From the NCBI RefSeq assembly GCF_006345805.1, contig NW_021829846.1, positions 1 through 5,827 on the forward strand: a stretch of DNA of 5,827 nt, written 5' to 3'. Below are positions 1 through 5,827 of this stretch, piece by piece. The notes beneath the pieces are model-generated. The model had not been told where the DNA came from. It saw only the letters and a program-made list of their open reading frames with translations, and ran no database searches. Source of the DNA: Octopus sinensis (lineage: Eukaryota). Both the position numbers and the translations under genes were made by a program. How positions within the stretch are numbered: position 1 is the stretch's first letter; every line of letters begins with the position of its first letter.

Positions 1-132
1 TATATATCTATGTGCGTGTGTGTATGTGTGTATTTGTTCTGCATCACCGCTTGTCAACTGGTGTTGGTGTGTTTACGTCCCCATAACCTAGCGGTTCAGC
101 AAAAGGGGCTGATTGAACAAATATCAGGCTTA
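1..132 (+). mobile_element. SINE family C, partial copy (internal microsatellite plus central body; head would lie left of the window; stops at ...caggctta)
   Basis: 45-132 aligns without gaps to the reverse complement of 5192-5279 at 71/88 identities by manual count. The TA/TG tract at 1-32 occupies the same position as the (TA)n inside the 5101-5498 copy. Confidence 0.9.
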
Positions 133-368
133 TGTTAAGGCAGTAGAAACAATAGTCGGCTTTATAAGGTGAGATCTATAATAAAGATATAATTTTCTCT
201 GTATTTTTTGTGGCTAAATGCTCTGAATTTCTCGAAATTCTGCAAAATGATATTTGGATTTACCTGTCATGCACGTGGATTTACCTGGGAGATGTATTCT
301 ACTTACATTTACTGGTATCTGATTGCTGAACACTTATAACCAAATGTTTTAATATCGAGTGTGTTCTT

Positions 369-599
369 GGCGGCGAGCTGGCAGAGACGATAGAACGCTG
401 GGCGAAGTGCTTCGCGGTATTTTGCCTGTCGCTACGTTCTGAGTTCAAATTGCGCCGACGTCGACTTTGCCTTTCTTCCTTTCGGGGTCGATAAATTAAG
501 TACCAGTTACGCATCGGGGTCGATGTAATCGACTTAATCCGTTTGTCTGTCCTAGTTTGTCCCCTCTGTGTTTAGCCCCTTCTGGGTAGTAAAGAAATA
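369..599 (+). mobile_element. tRNA-derived SINE family A, copy 1 (full length, tail type A)
   Basis: Starts GGCGGCGAGCTGGCAGA (A-box-like) and has B-box GAGTTCAAATT at 441-451. Body GTCGACTTTGCCTTTC...GGGGTCGATAAATTAAGTACC and tail ...TTTAGCCCCTTCTGGGTAGTAAAGAAATA. Colinear with 615-844 and the reverse complement of 2533-2761. Confidence 0.93.
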
Positions 600-614
600 T
601 ATAATTTTAGGAAA

Positions 615-844
615 GGCGGCGAGCTGGCAGGAACGTTAGTACGCCGGACGAAATGCTTAGCGGTATTTCGTCAGCTGCTACGTTCTGAGTTCAGATTCCG
701 CCGAGGTAGACTTTGCCTTTCTTCCTTTCGGGGTCGATAAATTAAGTACCATTTACGCACCAGGGTCGATGTAATCGACTTAATCCGTTTGTCTGTCCTT
801 GTTTGTCTCCTCTATGTTTAGCCCCTTGTGGGTAGTAAAGAAAT
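615..844 (+). mobile_element. tRNA-derived SINE family A, copy 2 (full length, tail type A)
   Basis: Same head, B-box GAGTTCAGATTCC at 687-699, same body and tail. Roughly 88% identical by eye to the reverse complement of 2534-2761. Confidence 0.93.
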
Positions 845-845
845 G

Positions 846-1014
846 GGTAAATCGTCTGCCGCTACGTTCTGAGTTCAAATTCCACCGAGGTCGACTTTGC
901 CTTTCATCCTTTCGGGGTCGATAAATTAATACCAGTTGCGTACTGAGATCGATCTAATCAACTGGCCTCCCTCCTCCAAAATATCGGGCCTCGTTCCTAG
1001 AGTAGAAACGAATA
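846..1014 (+). mobile_element. SINE family A, copy 3 (headless/5'-truncated, alternative tail type B)
   Basis: Begins at the internal GGTA(TT)TCGTCTGCCGCTACG position, with B-box at 871-883 and the shared body to ...TAATCAACT. It then diverges into GGCCTCCCTCCTCCAAAATATCGGGCCTCGTTCCTAGAGTAGAAACGAATA instead of tail A. Confidence 0.88.
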
Positions 1015-1070
1015 CTGAGTGGTTTATTGATATCAGCCAGGAGTTTTTAATCCCATTTTTTCCTTCTAAC

Positions 1071-1122
1071 TATATATATACCTATGTATGTACACACACA
1101 CACACACACACACACAAATATA

Positions 1123-1168
<46 letters not shown>
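1071..1168. repeat. Compound microsatellite (TA)n-(CA)12-TA-rich spacer-(TG)20
   Basis: Read directly: (CA)12 at 1093-1116 and (TG)20 at 1127-1166. Confidence 0.97.
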
Positions 1169-1169
<1 letters not shown>

Positions 1170-1387
1170 AAAGAAGTGCTGAAATGTTCCTGGTTTTGTG
1201 CAAAAGAAAATACTGGAGCATCAGTTAATTATGATTCTATTCAACATATTCCTCTCTCGGATTCACACATTTACTGCAGTGGTCCTTTAGTTTTTCTGGG
1301 CCCTGTAAAAGAATTCAGAAGGTTGGGCCTCCAGCCAAGCCTTTCGCGCGATAACCTTTAAAACCAGAAACTTTCCAGCGTCCCTCG
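1169..1387 (-). mobile_element. Mariner-derived MITE (~219 bp), copy 1
   Basis: Imperfect ~29-bp TIRs (1169-1197 versus 1360-1387, about 21/29). TA at 1167-1168 on the left and TG on the right. The minus strand encodes LLQGPEKLKDHCSKCVNPREEYVE*, resembling the mariner transposase C-terminus (G..L..RW.KC....GDYVE). 1221-1310 is 80/90 identical to the reverse complement of 5688-5777. Confidence 0.92.
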
Positions 1388-1502
1388 TGTGTATATGTAT
1401 GTATGTGTCTATATATATATATATAATATAATATATATATATATATATATAATATATATATATATATATACTATATATATATATATATATATGTGTGTGT
1501 GG
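1388..1502. repeat. (TA)n-dominated microsatellite with TG/TATG flanks
   Basis: Read directly; interrupted (TA)n at about 1409-1492. Confidence 0.97.
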
Positions 1503-1725
1503 TGTGATAGGTATATGTATATTAGTTTAAATAACGAAGTCAAAAACCCAATAATATGATATTTTATGATATTTAATATGTACGTTTCGGATTTGCGTAA
1601 TAGAAACACGAAATGTATATATTACGTAAACTTTCTTCCGTTCAAAATATTTTGAAATGCTTCAACTGAGGAAGGTTTATGGAGCGGATGCATTTCCTAT
1701 TATATTTTACGCTTGCCTGAAACTT

Positions 1726-2015
1726 GTGAAGGAGCATGGCTCAGTGGTTAGAGCGTCGGGCTCATAATCACGAGGTAGTGAGTTCATTAGCTATAGAAAT
1801 GAGTTACGACATCACTGGTACCAAGTTGTATCGGCCTTTGCCTTTCCCTTGGATAACATCGGTGGCATGGAGAGAAGAGGCTGGTATGCATGGGTGACGG
1901 CTGGTCTTCCATAAACAACCTTGCTCGGATTTGAGCCTCGGAGGGGAACTTTTTAGGTGCAATCCCATGGTCATTCATGACCGAAAGGGGTCTTTACCCT
2001 TTGCCCCACTTTTTT
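1726..2015 (+). mobile_element. tRNA(Met)-derived SINE family B with truncated B-box/T-arm, flanked by 13-bp TSD
   Basis: A-box TGGCTCAGTGG at 1737-1747, D-stem GCTC/GAGC, anticodon loop CTCATAA at 1761-1767, then GGTAGTGAGTTCA as in elongator tRNA-Met, but the 3' side of the T-arm is absent. T-rich tail ...GGGGTCTTTACCCTTTGCCCCACTTTT. Direct repeats TTGCCTGAAACTT (1713-1725) and TTGCTTGAAACTT (2016-2028), 12/13 identical. Confidence 0.88.
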
Positions 2016-2029
2016 TTGCTTGAAACTTA

Positions 2030-2061
2030 CAGCATAGCCGCAGTCGAATGACTGGAACAAG
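2030..2061 (+). mobile_element. Orphan 3'-tail fragment of SINE family C (or of its partner LINE)
   Basis: CAGCATAGCCGCAGTCGAATGACTGGAACAAG matches the family C 3' end seen as the reverse complement of about 5114-5143 (CACCATGGCCGCAGTCAAATGACTGAAACG). Confidence 0.75.
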
Positions 2062-2199
2062 ATTGTAAATTGTATTATCGTATTATGATTAACGTCATGA
2101 ATACATTGTTGGGTTTAAGAAACAAACAAGATCAAAACAAGACGGAACGGTCATGTCTAGACCCGAGCGAGATACCAACATCACCTCCATCATAGCGAT

Positions 2200-3325
2200 G
2201 ACCATCATGTCGATCATTAGCATCATCATCACCAACTCCATCACCGCCGTCATACAACCACTACCTCTACCACCACCACCACCACCACCACACCACCACC
2301 AATACCACCACCCCGCCAACAATACCACCACACCACCACCAATACCACCACCCCACCAACAATACCACCAACCCTCACCAACACCACATCCACCACCATC
2401 ATAATCATCACCATGAACATTAGTAACTCCATCATCATATCCACCACCACAACCACCACCAATACCACCACAACACCACTACCACCAATACCCCCATCCC
2501 ACCACCAATACCACCACCCTACCAACAATACCTATTTCATTATCACCCTCAAGGGGCTAAACATAGAGGGGACAAACAAGGACAGACATAGGTATTAAGT
2601 CGATTACATCGACCCAGTGCGTAACTGGTACTTAATTTATCGACCCCGAAAGGATGAAAGGCAAAGTCGACCTCGGCGGATTTTGAACACACAACGTAAC
2701 GCAGACGAAATACGGCTACGCATTTCGCCCGGCGTGCTAACGTTTCTGCCATCTCGCCGCCTTAATACCATCAGCACTACCAACAATACCATCAGCACTA
2801 CCACCACCGCTTCTACCACCAACACCACTACCACATCCACCACCATCACATCCACTACCACCACCAACACCACACAACGACTATCATAACCACCATGAAC
2901 ATCAGTACTAACACCACTAGCTCCATCATCATAACCACCACCACCACCTCCACCAGTACCACCATCACAACGACTACCACCACCACCGCACATCCCTGCA
3001 GTCATATTACCTTGCCACATTACCTCCATCACATCACTTCACCTTACACTGCACCCCCTCAGTGGCTCACAACTTCACAACATCACAACGCTACTTCCGC
3101 CGTCGTTCCATTTCGAGACCACGCCGCCGAACGTCTCGCAACGACAAACCGTCATACAACCAAAAGCACTACCTAGCGATCAAACAGGCAAACCGAAACC
3201 TTAGTCCCCCCATCCCCCACCCCCATCCACGCTGCCGCCGCCATCGCTGCTGCTGCTGCTGCCACGCAACCCCATCACTTAAACCCATCCGAGCATCACC
3301 CCTCCAACCACAACCACCCCCACCT
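2200..3325. repeat. CCA/CAT/CAA-rich low-complexity tract with 20/40-bp and 21-bp tandem units, interrupted by a SINE
   Basis: Only 3 G in 2281-2520. 2291-2330 and 2331-2370 are 39/40 identical. A 19-bp direct repeat lies at 2764-2782 and 2785-2803. Confidence 0.93.
2533..2763 (-). mobile_element. tRNA-derived SINE family A, copy 4 (full length, tail type A), with 6-bp TSD AATACC
   Basis: Reverse complement reads (AA)GGCGGCGAGATGGCAGAAACGTTAG...GTGTTCAAAATCCGCCGAGGTCGAC...CCCCTTGAGGGTGATAATGAAATA. AATACC lies at 2527-2532 and 2764-2769. Confidence 0.94.
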
Positions 3326-3419
3326 CTATATAATTGCAGAAGCAGTCGCGTCTGCAGTCAGGCGATCGAAGGAAGTGGGTGTGTCGAAATATATAGCCTC
3401 TATACACACAGGAGCAACA

Positions 3420-3646
3420 TGCATATACTCACATACATACATGCATGCACACACACACCACCACACACACATCGGCAAACGTACATTGATACATAGAGCG
3501 CTTATCGTACAGACAGAAACTGTGCGGAAGTCCGCTTTGTGTATGTGTGTGTATATATATTATACATATGTGTGTATGTGTGCGTGTGGTACATATATAT
3601 ATATATATATATAATATATATTATATATATATATATGTATGTTTGT

Positions 3647-3703
<57 letters not shown>

Positions 3704-3770
3704 TAAACATACTACATAATACAATTTATATGTGTGCGTGTGTGTATATATGTGTATACGCACACTCACA
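3420..3770. repeat. Compound alternating purine-pyrimidine microsatellite region (CA/CATA, TG, long interrupted TA)
   Basis: Read directly; (TA)n core at about 3591-3702. Confidence 0.95.
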
Positions 3771-4111
3771 TGAACCCATTTTTCTGTGTTTGTGAGTAGG
3801 CATAATAGAGTTGATTAAAAGTATATTGAATACCATTGAAAATAAATTATTGGTATATTGAAACGATGTCGGCTGTCAGAGAAGGTAAAACAATCGCTTG
3901 GTGGTAAATGGTACTTATTCCAAATGAAGAAGGGAGATAACCTGAAAACTTTTCATTAAGGGGAAATACGACCTGGAGATAAGAAGATAGCAGAGGACAC
4001 GTGTTTCTACCTCAATAGGTGTCATCAGATCATGATTTGTTCAACTTTATGTTCAGTATATGAGAAACTTAAACATATTAAAAAGAAAAATAACCGAATA
4101 CAGCTCTGGCC

Positions 4112-4165
4112 TACACACACACTCACATACACACACACACACTCACATACACACACACACACACA
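4112..4165. repeat. Interrupted (CA)n microsatellite
   Basis: Read directly. Confidence 0.95.
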
Positions 4166-4336
4166 ACACCATGCCACACAGGCAAACAGACAATCAATTG
4201 TCATACAGTTTAGGTGCAGATTTGTCTCCTCAGGTGACTTTCTAAGTAAGTACCTCAAAAAACGAGGTACTTGTTTGAAAAGTTACTTCAGAAACAAACT
4301 TATATTAGGTTACATATGGCGTAATTTCTATTCCAT

Positions 4337-4736
4337 CTGCCGTGTCCCCAAAACATGTACCGAGAGTGATTAAAATCAAACATCCGGTCAACATCATGGT
4401 GTTTGGAGTGATCACTAGTGATAGCGACGTTGTGTCACAATTCTTCTACCCATACGGTCTCAGACTCAGCACGAAGGCTTACCTCAAGTGCTTAAAGGAA
4501 GTAGTGCTGCCCTGGGTCAAGAGGTTGGCTGCTGGAAGACCCTATGTCTGGCAACAGGTCTCTGCACCATGCCACACCAGCAGGATAAACCACTCACTCC
4601 TAACATATGGCCACTTGACTCTCCAGACTGCAACCCCCTTGATGTGTGGTGTGCACTTAAGCGACATATCACTGAAACTCCTTGTAACACCAAAGATGAA
4701 CTGAAGGCAAGAATTATTGCAGCATTCTTAAAATGA
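4337..4736 (+). pseudogene. Decayed Tc1/mariner transposase catalytic-domain fragment, DDxD type (probably maT/DD37D)
   Basis: Frame 1 gives KHPVNIMVFGVI...AYLKCLKEVVLPW...YVWQQVSAPCHTS. After a frameshift it reads TPNIWPLDSPDCNPLDVW...NTKDELKARI. These are the Tc1/mariner motifs QQD.AP.H and WP..SPDLNP. The third catalytic position is D (PLD), typical of maT/DD37D rather than Tc1 (PIE). No N-terminal domain or TIRs found. Confidence 0.9.
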
Positions 4737-5013
4737 ATTTATTGTCTTTTTGTATGAAACGATCGTATGGTTACATGAATAAAAATAACTTCAATCCATA
4801 TTAACATCTAATCTCCTCCAGTTACGAAAAATATGATTGAATTTGTTGAACTTTGTTTTATAAGAAAAATCATATACTTAACATACTTATATAAATTTTC
4901 ATATCTACACTAATTTAAACCAGTAGATTCAAAGTAAAGTATGAAGAATCAACATTAGGAATCTTTTGGAAACTATTCCAATTAAAGGACGAATTAGCTT
5001 TCAACACTTTTAA

Positions 5014-5015
<2 letters not shown>

Positions 5016-5096
<81 letters not shown>
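5016..5096. repeat. (AC)32-(TA)8 microsatellite
   Basis: Read directly. Confidence 0.98.
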
Positions 5097-5100
5097 ATAT

Positions 5101-5498
5101 TTTATTATTTTATTCGTTTCAGTCATTTGACTGCGGCCATGGTGGAGTACCGCATTTAGTCGAACAAATCAACCCCAGGACTTAGAATTTGTAAGCCTAG
5201 TACTTACTCTATCGGTTTCTTTTGCCGAACCGCTAGGTTACGGGGACATAAACACACCACCATCGGTTGTCAAGCGGTGTTGGGGGTACAAACATAAGAC
5301 ACATAAGCATATATATATATATATATATATATATACGACGGGCTTCTTTCAGTTTCCGCCTACCAAATCCACTCACAAGGCTTTGGCCAGCCCAAGGCTA
5401 TAGTAGAAAACACTTGCCCACGGTGCCACAGAGTGGGACTGAACCCAGAACCTTGTGGCTGGTAAGCAAGCTACTTACTACACAGCCACTCCTGTGCC
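5101..5498 (-). mobile_element. tRNA-derived SINE family C, full length (~400 bp) with internal (TA)n
   Basis: On the minus strand: A-box-like TGGCTGTGTAGTAAG (5474-5488), B-box GGTTCAGTCCC (5435-5445), a unique body, (TA)n at about 5309-5335, a second body homologous to 45-132, and a 3' end GCCGCAGTCAAATGACTGAAACG with an AAT-rich tail. Confidence 0.9.
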
Positions 5499-5613
5499 TA
5501 TACATAATACACACACACACACCACATACATATATACTCAAATTAATCAATTAACAAATTTCATTAATTTGGTCTTTTGCAACATTTTATTAGCTCTGAT
5601 GGTTCTGTCTGTA

Positions 5614-5827
5614 CGAGGGGCGCTAAAAATTCTTGGCTTTAAGGGTATCCTGAAAGGCCAGGCTGGAGGCCCAACGTACCGGATTTTTTTTACAGGGCTC
5701 AGAAAAACTGAAGGACCGCTGCAATAAATATGTGAATCTGAGAGGGGAATATGTTAAATAAAATCAAAATTAACTGACCCCACTGTATTTTTTCTTACCT
5801 AAAGCCAAGAACTTTTCACCACCCCCT
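5614..5827 (+). mobile_element. Mariner-derived MITE, copy 2 (right TIR runs off the window edge)
   Basis: TA at 5612-5613 is followed by TIR CGAGGGGCGCTAAAAATTCTTGGCTTTA. The window end reverse-complements to AGGGGGTGGTGAAAAGTTCTTGGCTTTA (23/28 aligned). 5684-5761 encodes FFLQGSEKLKDRCNKYVNLRGEYVK*. Confidence 0.92.

Noticed and set aside
272-277. E-box CACGTG here and at 3998-4003
   Set aside because: Isolated 6-mers are expected by chance in 5.8 kb.
299-514. Mutually similar ORFs starting MRNWYLIYRPRK (299-514 on -, 2617-2889 on +)
   Set aside because: The similarity comes from translating the antisense strand of two SINE A copies; it is not a gene family.
369-1014. Repeated units resembling a CRISPR array or structured ncRNA cluster
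   Set aside because: The units are 170-230-bp diverged SINEs with A/B boxes. There are no short identical repeats with unique spacers and no cas genes.
936-1361. 141-aa ORF
   Set aside because: It is a chance read-through of a SINE tail, CA/TG microsatellites and the antisense strand of the MITE.
1731-1790. Functional tRNA-Met(CAT) gene
   Set aside because: The T-arm and the 3' acceptor strand are missing, and the sequence continues into a SINE body bounded by a TSD.
2095-3176. Poly-Pro/Thr/His (+) and poly-Val/Gly (-) ORFs, including a ~181-aa minus-strand frame restored when the 237-bp SINE insertion is removed
   Set aside because: CCA/TGG repeats lack stop codons by composition, and the 20/40-bp tandem period breaks codon phase.
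3062-3496. 144-aa Arg/Cys-rich ORF that looks protamine- or metallothionein-like
   Set aside because: It has a GTG start, the Cys run is an alternative frame of (GCT)n, it runs into CA repeats, and it has no recognisable domain.
3547-3795. YI/VC/HT-rich ORFs here and at 1409-1609, 4025-4373 and 5267-5727
   Set aside because: These are translations of dinucleotide microsatellites and SINE/MITE sequence.
5539-5571. 9-bp inverted repeat CAAATTAAT/ATTAATTTG, and a 7-bp stem at 225-240
   Set aside because: Short and AT-rich, so consistent with chance; there are no bacterial genes for which they could act as terminators.

Overview
This is repeat-dominated, non-coding eukaryotic DNA with no intact protein-coding gene, CRISPR array or prokaryotic feature. 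The SINE families and dense (TA)n/(CA)n/(CCA)n microsatellites look like an octopus (coleoid cephalopod) genome; that assignment is from recall and needs a database check. The window holds three tRNA-derived SINE families. Family A has three head-to-tail copies at 369-1014 (+) and one at 2533-2763 (-). Family B has a tRNA-Met-like head and a 13-bp TSD (1726-2015). Family C has a full copy at 5101-5498 (-), a partial copy at 1-132 (+) and an orphan tail at 2030-2061. There are also two inverted copies of a ~220-bp mariner-derived MITE (1169-1387 and 5614-end), a decayed DDxD Tc1/mariner transposase fragment (4337-4736) and a ~1.1-kb CCA-rich low-complexity tract. The most interesting observations are a possible GGTATT/AATACC target preference of SINE A (including self-insertion that would build tandem chimeras), an unexplained ~35-bp-stem hairpin at 4221-4298, and three inverted repeat pairs able to form dsRNA.
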